Part shown: positions 17,995-26,166 of the stretch, one piece after another
How positions within the stretch are numbered: the first letter of the stretch is position 1
Layout of the letters: each line of letters opens with the position of its first letter
Assembly: GCF_000179635.2 (NCBI RefSeq)
Contig: NC_014833.1
Location: forward strand, 3,630,001-3,662,000
DNA from: Ruminococcus albus 7 = DSM 20455
Lineage (GTDB): Bacteria; Bacillota; Clostridia; Oscillospirales; Ruminococcaceae
DNA length: 32,000 nt
Reading direction: 5' to 3'
Made by a program: the position numbers and the translations under genes
The notes under the pieces: generated by a model
Told to the model about the DNA's origin: nothing
The model's database searches: none
Seen by the model: the letters and a program-made list of their open reading frames with translations, nothing else

Positions 17995-18158
17995 GTATGT
18001 TTGTATGAACAATGCTGTATGTCTGTATGAACAATGCTGTATGTCTGTATGAACAATGCAGTATGTCTGTATGAACAATAGCTAATAGCGTAGTATGCTT
18101 GTATGAACAAACTCACACCATTAACCTCATATAACGGTATGACTGTATGAACAAATAT
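17995..18158 (+). repeat. Six direct copies of a 22-bp unit GTATG-N3-GTATGAACAA-N4; four perfect-phase tandem copies plus two spaced copies
   Basis: Units start at 17995, 18017, 18039, 18061, 18093 and 18137. The core TGTATGAACAA is at 18002, 18024, 18046, 18068, 18100 and 18144. Spacings are 22, 22, 22, 32 and 44 bp, about 2, 2, 2, 3 and 4 helical turns. All copies share one orientation. An AT-rich stretch lies just upstream (17955-17994). Confidence 0.9.
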
Positions 18159-18187
18159 CCTAAATCAAATCCCATATTAATTGTCAT

Positions 18188-18234
18188 AAAAGTGCGGTAC
18201 TACCGCACTTTCTTACTGGAGATGTCCCATCTCC
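18188..18234 (+). promoter_or_regulatory. Two perfect inverted repeats downstream of the 22-bp repeats (candidate oriT hairpins / nic-proximal IR)
   Basis: AAAGTGCGGTA-C-TACCGCACTTT (18188-18211, 11-bp arms) and GGAGATG-TCC-CATCTCC (18218-18234, 7-bp arms). They lie 50-100 bp upstream of the second RHH gene and the relaxase. Confidence 0.5.
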
Positions 18235-18284
18235 TTTATGCTCTTTGTACTATTCTCAGCCACAATACAAAAGGAGTGTGTAAA

Positions 18285-18743
18285 ATGCCGCGTCAAAGAA
18301 GAATATTTTCACTAGATGAAAGAACAGTTGAATTGATAGACCTGTTAAAAACAGAACGTGGTCTTTCAAATACATCAGAACTTATCAGGGCGCTGATAAT
18401 TGAAGCAGCCATTGCCGAGAACATAACAAGCGACTACGGTGAACTGCCGAGTACAGCCGAACGTAAGAGGGCAAAATCTGATATAGCGTCTAGGCTCGAT
18501 CGTATGGAAGTTGCACTATCAAAACTGTCACACCAGATGAGTGATGTAAAGGAATACACCTACGAAACACGCGACGGTGTTAACAGCTACCTCAACTTCT
18601 TGGGAGTTGAGAACACAGACACAGCTGACGAAAACATTAACAGCCAAACGATACATAAAAGTTTACAGCAGGCAAAACAGAATTACAACTCTCAGCAAAG
18701 ACAAAATTCTATCAACAAAGCTAACTTCGGGGGCGGTTATTAA
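18285..18743 (+). CDS. Ribbon-helix-helix DNA-binding protein, putative relaxosome accessory factor
   Basis: ATG 18285 follows AAAGGAG (18270-18276). RHH pattern: RIFSLDERT / VELIDLLKTERGLS / NTSELIRALIIEA. Its stop overlaps the relaxase ATG (TAATG). The track's 18147 start lies inside the last 22-bp repeat. Confidence 0.6.
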   Translation: MPRQRRIFSLDERTVELIDLLKTERGLSNTSELIRALIIEAAIAENITSDYGELPSTAERKRAKSDIASRLDRMEVALSKLSHQMSDVKEYTYETRDGVNSYLNFLGVENTDTADENINSQTIHKSLQQAKQNYNSQQRQNSINKANFGGGY

Positions 18744-21700
18744 TGGCTTCACCGGCAGTATTTTTTAAGATACAGTTTTTGTATAATTGGTACATTCGTC
18801 CCGACAATAATAATTCGGGAAAAAACATAAAAATAAAAGGCGACTTCAATGACTATATGACACGTCCTGCCGCGTTCAAGCCCAAAGAACATACCGACGA
18901 AGAAGAATACAAGGACTTTCTCGACTACATGAGGAACAATGAAAAGTCAGAAGGCGCTTTCGATACCGATCATGATCTACTCACCAAAGAACAAATGTCA
19001 GCTTACCGCGAACAGGAGCGTGTTGCCCGCGATAACGGCTGTCCGAAATATGGCGGTGTGATTTCTTTTAATAATGAATTTCTGCGTAACAACGGTATCA
19101 TGATCGGAAGTGCCATTGACTACATTAAACTAAAGAACGTGGTTCGTAATGGTATAAATAAGATGATCGACAAGTCAGACAAGCTTTCCGCTGATAACAT
19201 CAACTGGATAGGTGCGATACATGAAAACACAGATAATATCCACATACATTTTGCTATGTATCCGCTGGAAAGAACTACACGCAGGAATCACAAAGATAAA
19301 AATCAGGACTGCATAGAACAGGATGCTATCAAAACATTAAAGTCAACGATAGCAAACGGCATAATCAATCAGACACATACACCCGAGATAACACGAATCA
19401 AACGTGAGATACTTTTCCCTCAGCTGTCCGATGCTATGGGCGATGCCGAAAAGATGCTGCTTGAATTGGCGAATAGATTTCCGCCGAATATTGCAATGCA
19501 GTATGGTAATCATCGCATGAAACCTTTCCAGCGCGAGATCGACAAGTGTATTGATAAGATAATCGGCTCGGATCCCGAACTTAAAAAGTCATTTGACTTG
19601 TATGTATCATCGTTAGGTATGATGGATAGGCAGTATCAGGATTTTTATGGTGACGAATCGCAGGCGCTTACTTATTCGGAACATCAGATGGAGGACTTCT
19701 ATAATCGTGCCGGAAACATTCTGTTAAAACACATTAAGGAAATGAAAAACGGTGAATTTCCTGATACCGGGTCCGATGAACTTATAAAACGACTGAGCGA
19801 TAAGGGTGTATCCGGGAGAGAAGAAAAAAGGGATAATGATGAACTTCGAGATTATCTGCTCAGTAATAACAAATACATCAGCAACTATAATATTGCGAAC
19901 AATGCGCTTGGGCTTATCAAAGATGATGATGACATCAAACAGCTTGAAAGTGTAGCCGATATTTCTGATACAGCTGCTTTTGCGCTTGGTATGTACTACA
20001 AGGATAAAGACAAAAAACTATCAGAAAAATATTTGCTTATGTCGGCAAACAATAATGACCGTGATTCTCAGTATCAGCTAGGCAAACTTTATCTGTCTGA
20101 CGATGATATAAAGCAAGGTGCAGAATGGATGCGGCGCTCTGCCGATAACGGTCACGCTTATGCACAATATGCTTACGGCATAATGATGTTAAAGAACGAT
20201 AGTCCCGAAGAGGGATTATATTATCTTAATAACTCATATAAAAACGGAAACAAGATCGCGCATAAGGTGGCGCAGTCATATAAGAAAAAGCTAGCTGAAC
20301 AAAAACAGGATACAGAGCAAGAACAGGAATTCGATGACCAACATCATTTTAATATGCAAAATGATAGATCATACCGGCACGATTATAATGATGATACAAA
20401 CATCATCGACGAAGAACAGACGTTTGATCATGATGCACATAACTCTACAGTTATTGCCGGCAATTATCATCTTGACTGGACAAATGAATACAAGCAAGCT
20501 TGTAAACTGATTTACAGTAAGAAATCAATAATCGATGACTACATCAAAGCCGAACAGCTATTGCTTTCAGAAGCAAAAAACGGAAACGTACTTGCGATTC
20601 ACGATCTCGGAAAGCTTTATAATACTGAACTGCTGGGAGCAGCAGATAAAGAAAAATCTGACAAGTATTATCATGAAGCTTTCGATGTGTTCAATGATCT
20701 CCTAAAAACAGGTAGCAAACATACATCATACATTCAATATCGTATCGGAAAAATGTACTCCTATGGCTTAGGTGTTGAAGCTGACGATGAAAAAGCCTAT
20801 CGATTTTATTCATCGTCAGCCGAAAGTGGTAACAAATACGCTATGTACAGCCTAGCTAACTGTTATTATTATGGGAGAGGAACAAACACTGACCATGAAA
20901 CAGCTTTTAAGTGGTACTCAAGAGCTGCACAGCTGAATATGCCTTATGCGAACTATGCTGTAGCTCAGATGTATCAGACTGGTGACGGTACAACACAGGA
21001 TCTAAACAAAGCCTATGAGAACTACCGCATAGCGCTAGATGCTTTCCTAAAGCTTAATGAAAAAGAGCAAGCGGATGATAATTTACTCTACAAGATCGGC
21101 TATATGTATAAAAAAGGTCTTGGAACAGATATAGATGTCTCAAAATCTTTGGAGTTTTTCGCAATGTCAGCAAAGCAAGGCAACAAAAATGCACTATATG
21201 AATATGGCAAGGCTCTCATCGAAGGTACAGATATCACACCAAACATTTCAATAGGTGAAACATATCTCAAAAAAGCAATTAAGGCGGGAAACACAAACGC
21301 TGAACGTTTCCTTGCCAACGAATATTTATCCGGGAAACATATTCCGGTGACAACCGATAAGGTACAGATGGGCATGGAGATATTCAAAAGGCTAGCAGAT
21401 CAAGGTGATACGTTATCTGCATATCGTTTAGGTAAGGTATACCTCGACGGAAAAGTTACTCCACGAAATGTTGATCTTGCAGAACGATATCTGCTGCAAG
21501 CATACAGTTCTAGCGAACATAAGGAACTTGCTGCATACTCCCTGGGCAAGCTCTATATGACTGAGGAAAAATGCAACCATAAAAAAGCGATTGCTTTTTT
21601 TAAGGAAGTTGCGGACACAAACAACTGGGCAAGTTATCAGTTAGGAAAAATATATTTTTCAGACAAAAATGCTTCTTCTGCTAAAAGTTGGTTCAAACGT

Positions 21701-21940
21701 TCTGCCGCCGATGGTAATGAAGCCGCAAAAGAAATGCTGCGATATATGCAGAGAACAAAAAAAGCGCCGATGCTGCGTCGATCAGTAGCCGCATCGACTT
21801 ATAATGCCAATATGTGCTGGTCACAACTTAGAAGCATCATGGCTGAATATGATGCACATATAAAGCAACTTCAACGTGAATTCGACTATGAGAATCAAAT
21901 CAGCAATGATGAATATCTTGAATACACTCCATACTATTAA
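18743..21940 (+). CDS. Conjugative relaxase (HxxxDNxHxH histidine-triad type, MobL/MOBQ-P-like N-terminal domain) fused to a long Sel1-like repeat (SLR/TPR) array
   Basis: 1065 aa. Metal-binding motif HENTDNIHIH (19220-19249) within the first ~300 aa. From aa ~395 to ~1000 there are repeated Sel1 signatures, for example AEWMRRSADNGHAYAQYAYGIMM, AYRFYSSSAESGNKYAMYSLANCYYYGRG, AFKWYSRAAQLNMPYANYAVAQMYQTGDG and SWFKRSAADGNEAAKEML. Confidence 0.7.
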   Translation: MASPAVFFKIQFLYNWYIRPDNNNSGKNIKIKGDFNDYMTRPAAFKPKEHTDEEEYKDFLDYMRNNEKSEGAFDTDHDLLTKEQMSAYREQERVARDNGCPKYGGVISFNNEFLRNNGIMIGSAIDYIKLKNVVRNGINKMIDKSDKLSADNINWIGAIHENTDNIHIHFAMYPLERTTRRNHKDKNQDCIEQDAIKTLKSTIANGIINQTHTPEITRIKREILFPQLSDAMGDAEKMLLELANRFPPNIAMQYGNHRMKPFQREIDKCIDKIIGSDPELKKSFDLYVSSLGMMDRQYQDFYGDESQALTYSEHQMEDFYNRAGNILLKHIKEMKNGEFPDTGSDELIKRLSDKGVSGREEKRDNDELRDYLLSNNKYISNYNIANNALGLIKDDDDIKQLESVADISDTAAFALGMYYKDKDKKLSEKYLLMSANNNDRDSQYQLGKLYLSDDDIKQGAEWMRRSADNGHAYAQYAYGIMMLKNDSPEEGLYYLNNSYKNGNKIAHKVAQSYKKKLAEQKQDTEQEQEFDDQHHFNMQNDRSYRHDYNDDTNIIDEEQTFDHDAHNSTVIAGNYHLDWTNEYKQACKLIYSKKSIIDDYIKAEQLLLSEAKNGNVLAIHDLGKLYNTELLGAADKEKSDKYYHEAFDVFNDLLKTGSKHTSYIQYRIGKMYSYGLGVEADDEKAYRFYSSSAESGNKYAMYSLANCYYYGRGTNTDHETAFKWYSRAAQLNMPYANYAVAQMYQTGDGTTQDLNKAYENYRIALDAFLKLNEKEQADDNLLYKIGYMYKKGLGTDIDVSKSLEFFAMSAKQGNKNALYEYGKALIEGTDITPNISIGETYLKKAIKAGNTNAERFLANEYLSGKHIPVTTDKVQMGMEIFKRLADQGDTLSAYRLGKVYLDGKVTPRNVDLAERYLLQAYSSSEHKELAAYSLGKLYMTEEKCNHKKAIAFFKEVADTNNWASYQLGKIYFSDKNASSAKSWFKRSAADGNEAAKEMLRYMQRTKKAPMLRRSVAASTYNANMCWSQLRSIMAEYDAHIKQLQREFDYENQISNDEYLEYTPYY

Positions 21941-21988
21941 GGTGTTATCCGAGAGGAAAGAAAAAGGAAATGGATAGGTGATGATGAA

Positions 21989-24196
21989 ATGGAAGAAAAA
22001 AACAAAGATAACAGAGGTTTGGTTAGATTAAGTCAGCTACTGGGCTTTTCGCTGTTTTTCTTTTTGCTGATAAATGTCGCGCTTAATTATTTTGTACTTG
22101 CAACAAAAGCCGTAGCTGTCCTTAATGATAAGCAAGCTGTAAATAAAATCATGAAATTCCAAATCGAATTTCTCTATAAACAGCCCAAAGGATTTGATTT
22201 GCCAATGGTTTTACTAATAACCTTTGCGACTGCTTTTTATATCACTTTCAAGCTCGATGTCAAGTGGCACGTAACGCATGACAACAAGGAGATCAAGGGT
22301 AAAGACCGATTCCTTAATGAAAAAGAACTAAAAAAACTGTTCTATTCCTTCCCTGCTAATGATATGGAAAGCGCAGAAAAAAGCGGTATCATACTAGCAT
22401 ACGAAAATGGCAAATACTACATTGACTGCGAAACGATACACAGTCTTATAATTGGTACTACACGTTCCGGTAAAGGTCAGACCTTCGTACTTCCAATGAT
22501 ACGTCATATCGCTCTATCAAAGTCAAAGCACAGCATGGTGCTAAACGATCCTAAAGGTGAGTTGCTGGAGAATACATATAAACTACTGAAAGATAACGGT
22601 TATAATGTAGTTGTGCTGAATCTGCGAGATACAAAAAAATCTTCATTATGGAATCCACTACAAGTCATAATCGACGAATACAAACGCTGCCGTAAGGAAA
22701 ATGATGATCTATCCATGTGTATTACAATGATAGAATCTGTTGCTGATACTTTCACACACAACGAAACAGCTGATCAGGTATGGCCCGAAAGTGCAAAAGC
22801 ACTGCTGAAAGCAATGATATTATATCAACTTGAAAAGGGGTACGATAACAACTGCATCGAAAAAGTATCAATGTACTCTGTATATGAGATGTTCATCGAC
22901 TTTGGTTCACAGAATGAACGTCAACTTAATCGCGAGGTCAATGCTCTCGATGAACTGTTCCAGGATCTTCAGCGCAAGGATCCTCAGAATCCTGCCGTAG
23001 CTGCTTATGCGGTATCACGATTTTCTTCTGGAGAGATGCGTTCTTCTATTTTCGCAACACTTGCATCAAATATCAACATATTTGGTTCTGATCAGGGTAT
23101 CGCTAAACTCACATCAGGTAATCAAATCAATTTCTATGAACTTGTTGACCCTGAAAAGCCTATGGCTGTATTCATGGTTGTTCCTGATGATAATCCAGCA
23201 CGTTGGATAATCAGTTCCTTGTTCGTTAATCAGTGTTATAATACACTGGTTTCCCTTTCCGCAAAATGTGTAGGTCAGAAGCTGCCGCAGCGTGTGCATT
23301 TTATACTCGACGAATTCGGCAACATGGTACGTATTCCTGATATGGACAGTAAAATAACCGTTGGTGCAGGAAGAAATCTGCTTTTTAACCTGTTTATTCA
23401 GGATCTAAATCAGCTTGACACCAAGTACGGCGATTCCGCAAAAACCATACGATCTAACTGTGGTAATCTGATATACATTAATTCGCTGGACAATGAAACA
23501 AATGAATACTTCTCCAAAGTACTCGGCACTAAAACGGTAGAGTATTCTACGTATAGCGGTAAGCTTAGTGAATTCGTTGAACACCAGAACCTAGTAGTAG
23601 AAGGTCAGGCACTTATGACAGCCAGTGAACTATCTACTATGCCGTTCGGATCTGCTATAACTAAACGCCAGCGTATATTTCCAATCAAAACAAAATTTGA
23701 ACCATTTTATAAACTGGGAATAAAAACTACTTCTCAAGACGATATTTCAAAGGATATGAATCTGATAGATTTGCCACTTTCAGTCACGATTTTTGATATG
23801 GAAATCCTTTGGAAACCACTATTTAGACCTAAATTAAATGAGAAGACGGGAAAACCAATGCTGGAAAATGACGAGAATGGCTTTGCTCAGCTTGTGACGA
23901 ACTGGAACGATGTACGTAAGTCATTTGAAGCACGAAAAAAAGTCAATCTTGAAAAAAATGTCCGCACTGATTTTGCTAATAACGCTGTAAATGAAAGTGT
24001 TGCTCTCAATTCAAGGCTGCAAGTCATCATTAAAAAGCTGGACGAATTGTCCAGCGGACAGTTCACTAATGAATATAAAAACAATAATCTGAGCGAAGTC
24101 GAGAAAATAATAAAAATGGCTATCGGGCGCGGCAATCTGGATATGACAGAACGTGAAGAAATACGCAAGTACATCGAGAATTCTCATAATGTGTAA
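21989..24196 (+). CDS. Type IV coupling protein (VirD4/TraG family ATPase)
   Basis: 735 aa. AGGTGA lies 7 nt upstream of the ATG. Two N-terminal TMs. Walker A GTTRSGKGQT, Walker B HFILDEFGNM. Confidence 0.88.
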   Translation: MEEKNKDNRGLVRLSQLLGFSLFFFLLINVALNYFVLATKAVAVLNDKQAVNKIMKFQIEFLYKQPKGFDLPMVLLITFATAFYITFKLDVKWHVTHDNKEIKGKDRFLNEKELKKLFYSFPANDMESAEKSGIILAYENGKYYIDCETIHSLIIGTTRSGKGQTFVLPMIRHIALSKSKHSMVLNDPKGELLENTYKLLKDNGYNVVVLNLRDTKKSSLWNPLQVIIDEYKRCRKENDDLSMCITMIESVADTFTHNETADQVWPESAKALLKAMILYQLEKGYDNNCIEKVSMYSVYEMFIDFGSQNERQLNREVNALDELFQDLQRKDPQNPAVAAYAVSRFSSGEMRSSIFATLASNINIFGSDQGIAKLTSGNQINFYELVDPEKPMAVFMVVPDDNPARWIISSLFVNQCYNTLVSLSAKCVGQKLPQRVHFILDEFGNMVRIPDMDSKITVGAGRNLLFNLFIQDLNQLDTKYGDSAKTIRSNCGNLIYINSLDNETNEYFSKVLGTKTVEYSTYSGKLSEFVEHQNLVVEGQALMTASELSTMPFGSAITKRQRIFPIKTKFEPFYKLGIKTTSQDDISKDMNLIDLPLSVTIFDMEILWKPLFRPKLNEKTGKPMLENDENGFAQLVTNWNDVRKSFEARKKVNLEKNVRTDFANNAVNESVALNSRLQVIIKKLDELSSGQFTNEYKNNNLSEVEKIIKMAIGRGNLDMTEREEIRKYIENSHNV

Positions 24197-24234
24197 TCAA
24201 TTAATGAATTATCTAACTTTTCTTGTAAAAGAGG

Positions 24235-24263
24235 TTGACAAACACTCCTGTTTCGGATATACT
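24235..24263 (+). promoter_or_regulatory. Sigma-A type promoter for the tandem RHH genes
   Basis: TTGACA (24235-24240), 17-nt spacer, TATACT (24258-24263). It lies 23 nt upstream of ATG 24286. Confidence 0.6.
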
Positions 24264-24285
24264 ATAATTATAAAGAGGTGACACA

Positions 24286-24471
24286 ATGGCTGTTTCAGAA
24301 GCTCATCAGAAAGCCAATATCAAATGGGGCAAAGAGAACTTAACTAATCTAGCAGTCAGACTTCGCAAAGAAAAGGCTGCTAAGTTTAAAGAACTTGCGT
24401 ACAAAAACAATACAACACCAAACGCTCTATTCAAAGAATTCGTAGATAAATATATTGAGGACAACTCTTGA
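24286..24471 (+). CDS. Small RHH-like DNA-binding protein, paralogue 1
   Basis: 61 aa. SD AGAGGTGA upstream. Pattern AHQKANIKWGKENL-[beta LAVRLRKE]-[helix KAAKFKELAYKNN]-[helix TPNALFKEFVDKYIE]. About 45% identical by eye to the next ORF. Confidence 0.65.
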   Translation: MAVSEAHQKANIKWGKENLTNLAVRLRKEKAAKFKELAYKNNTTPNALFKEFVDKYIEDNS

Positions 24472-24500
24472 CATACACAACCGATTATGGAGGTGATAGA

Positions 24501-24695
24501 ATGGCATTGACAGAAGCTCAAAAAAAAGCAAATGCAAAATGGAATAAAGCAAATATGAAACAGATTGCAGTAAATGTACGAAAAGAAAAAGCGGAGATGT
24601 TTCAGGAACTTGCAAGACAAAACGGTACCAATCCCTCTGCGATCTTTCGGGAAGTTATCGATAAATACATAGAAGAACATAATAATAATACTTGA
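24501..24695 (+). CDS. Small RHH-like DNA-binding protein, paralogue 2
   Basis: 64 aa from ATG 24501, preceded by GGAGGTGA (24489-24496); the track's TTG 24468 is the TTGACA box. Pattern AQKKANAKWNKANM-IAVNVRKE-KAEMFQELARQNG-NPSAIFREVIDKYIE. Confidence 0.65.
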   Translation: MALTEAQKKANAKWNKANMKQIAVNVRKEKAEMFQELARQNGTNPSAIFREVIDKYIEEHNNNT

Positions 24696-24720
24696 CATAC
24701 ACTATGGAATAGTGTATAAT
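24692..24720 (+). promoter_or_regulatory. Consensus sigma-A promoter with a palindromic operator in the spacer
   Basis: TTGACA (24692-24697), exactly 17 nt, TATAAT (24715-24720). The spacer holds the inverted repeat TACACTAT-GGA-ATAGTGTA (24698-24716). The stop codon TGA of paralogue 2 (24693-24695) is inside the -35 box. Confidence 0.7.
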
Positions 24721-24723
24721 ATA

Positions 24724-24758
24724 AAGCAGACAGATCTTAACTGTCTGCTTTTTTATTT
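24724..24758 (+). terminator. Rho-independent terminator starting 4 nt after the -10 box
   Basis: AAGCAGACAG (24724-24733), loop ATCTTAA, CTGTCTGCTT (24741-24750), a perfect 10-bp stem, followed by TTTTATTTTATT. Confidence 0.75.
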
Positions 24759-24777
24759 TATTAGATCGAGGTGTAAA

Positions 24778-25524
24778 ATGAAAATTCCAAATAAACTGCT
24801 GGAGCTGTCCCGTAACGAACTAATGGTAGCCTGCCGCCTGTACAGCATCGTTAACCGTCACACCAAGCTGACAACCAACGGATATGCAGTCTGCATCAAG
24901 CAGGAAACGATAGCAGCAAGCTGTGGACTGTCTGTTGCAACCGTTAAGCGTGTTTTAAAGGCTTTGTCTGAAAAGGGTATCATTACTCACCAATATCGTC
25001 AGACACGTGCTAACGGCTGTCTGGGTGCGACTCACTACGATCTGCAAGCCTTTTCTTTCCTCTCGGATTATTTTTATATGCCTAACGATGTTTTTAAGCT
25101 GGGTCTGTCGCAGAAGATGTTCTATGCGTATGCGCTTTTCTGTAAGTTGGCTGACAGCAATAAAAGGTCCTTCTTCCATAGCTATAATGACCTTGCCGAG
25201 ATGATGCAGCTTAAACGCAGTGAAGTCATAGAGCTTGTTGGTGCGTTGATAAAAACAAGGCTCATATTCCGAACTAGGCGCAGAACAAAGGCAGGCGATC
25301 ACACAGATAATTTGTACTTCATTGTATTGAGGGTCAAGGGGCGAATAAAGAAAAAAAGGGCAAAAGAAATGAGAGCCCCTCGGACAAGGCTCTCACATCA
25401 ATCACGATATAGTCAAGAACTTGCAATACTCGACTTCAACATGATAATATCACATAAAAATGATTTTGTCAAGGCTTTTGGAAAAAAATGCTGCAATTAT
25501 TTTTACGATGAGGGTGGGGGCTGA
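24778..25524 (+). CDS. Two-winged-helix DNA-binding protein, possible replication initiator or element regulator
   Basis: 248 aa from ATG 24778, with GAGGTG 5 nt upstream. First wHTH: IKQETIAASCGLSVATVKRVLKALSEKGIITH. Second wHTH: YNDLAEMMQLKRSEVIELVGALIKTRLIF. Basic C-terminal tail. The functional assignment is tentative. Confidence 0.45.
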   Translation: MKIPNKLLELSRNELMVACRLYSIVNRHTKLTTNGYAVCIKQETIAASCGLSVATVKRVLKALSEKGIITHQYRQTRANGCLGATHYDLQAFSFLSDYFYMPNDVFKLGLSQKMFYAYALFCKLADSNKRSFFHSYNDLAEMMQLKRSEVIELVGALIKTRLIFRTRRRTKAGDHTDNLYFIVLRVKGRIKKKRAKEMRAPRTRLSHQSRYSQELAILDFNMIISHKNDFVKAFGKKCCNYFYDEGGG

Positions 25525-25656
25525 TTTGAGCTGTCATTATCAGTACCCACTTTTGTATTATCCTAGAGAAAGAAAAAATATATTTAGTTTATAAAACTAT
25601 GTATATTATCGTAGAATATAAAGCAGCGTATTATTGTGAGGAAAAGGTGTGTTACT

Positions 25657-26166
25657 ATGAAGAAAATAACAGCTCGTGATTATCTGAGAATAATACGTGA
25701 GAACTACGGAACTATTCATTACTGCGCAGAAACCTGTGGATTCAAGTCAAGTGACTTCGGGAATATTGAAGCCGGGGTTGAGAACGATATCCGCGTGATA
25801 GCGAACACGTTCTTTCTTTTCTCCCGGAGATTTGGATTGAACTACTATGAGCTCATGATGATGGAAGCTAAGTTTCAGCTAGGTGATGAACCACCCAAAA
25901 CTAAACCTAAAGCAAATGTTTCATTTGCAGAACTGCTAAAGAAAACACGAACGCAGGCGGGTATATCACAAGCAAAGCTTGCGGATACTATCTGCTGCAC
26001 TAAGTTCACTGTATACACATGGGAATGTGGTGACAACATACCTGATCTAGAGATGCTCGAGCGTATCTGTTATGCATTGAAAGTTCCAGCCGATTTTTTC
26101 GATGCAGTATACAAGGCTGAACGATTTCAGCCGAGAACACCAAGAGAAAGGAAAAAGAAAGAATGA
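25657..26166 (+). CDS. XRE-family HTH transcriptional regulator (degenerate N-terminal HTH plus canonical C-terminal HTH)
   Basis: 169 aa from ATG 25657. C-terminal Cro/C1-type HTH: FAELLKKTRTQAGISQAKLADTICCTKFTVYTWECGDNIPDLEMLERICYALKV. Its stop overlaps the topB start (ATGA). Confidence 0.7.
   Translation: MKKITARDYLRIIRENYGTIHYCAETCGFKSSDFGNIEAGVENDIRVIANTFFLFSRRFGLNYYELMMMEAKFQLGDEPPKTKPKANVSFAELLKKTRTQAGISQAKLADTICCTKFTVYTWECGDNIPDLEMLERICYALKVPADFFDAVYKAERFQPRTPRERKKKE

Noticed and set aside
17995-18082. Tandem 22-bp repeats considered as a possible CRISPR array
   Set aside because: The repeats are contiguous, with no unique spacers between them. There are only four tandem units plus two spaced copies, and no cas genes. 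The array sits in a relaxosome context, so it is better read as a protein-binding repeat or iteron array.
24468-24473. TTGACA at the end of RHH paralogue 1 as an independent promoter for paralogue 2
   Set aside because: There is no acceptable -10 hexamer at 16-18 nt: AGGTGA at 17 nt is the SD, and TAGAAT lies 23 nt away. It is probably a relic of the gene duplication that copied CTTGACATACAC.
24286-24695. Tandem small genes as a toxin-antitoxin pair
   Set aside because: Both proteins show the same RHH-like pattern and are paralogues of each other. Neither resembles a toxin fold, and no third small ORF follows them.
24306-24698. 130-aa minus-strand ORF spanning both small RHH genes
   Set aside because: It is antisense to two paralogous genes that each have their own SD and a clear RHH pattern. 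The translation is Phe/Cys/Ile-rich with no motif, and there is no minus-strand promoter or SD.
24718-24729. 12-mer AATATAAAGCAG shared after the -10-like hexamers at 24715 and 25612, a possible second copy of the promoter upstream of the XRE gene
   Set aside because: Dozens of chance 12-mer repeats are expected at this window size. The 25612 TAGAAT has only a weak -35 (TTATAA), so I do not call a promoter there with confidence.
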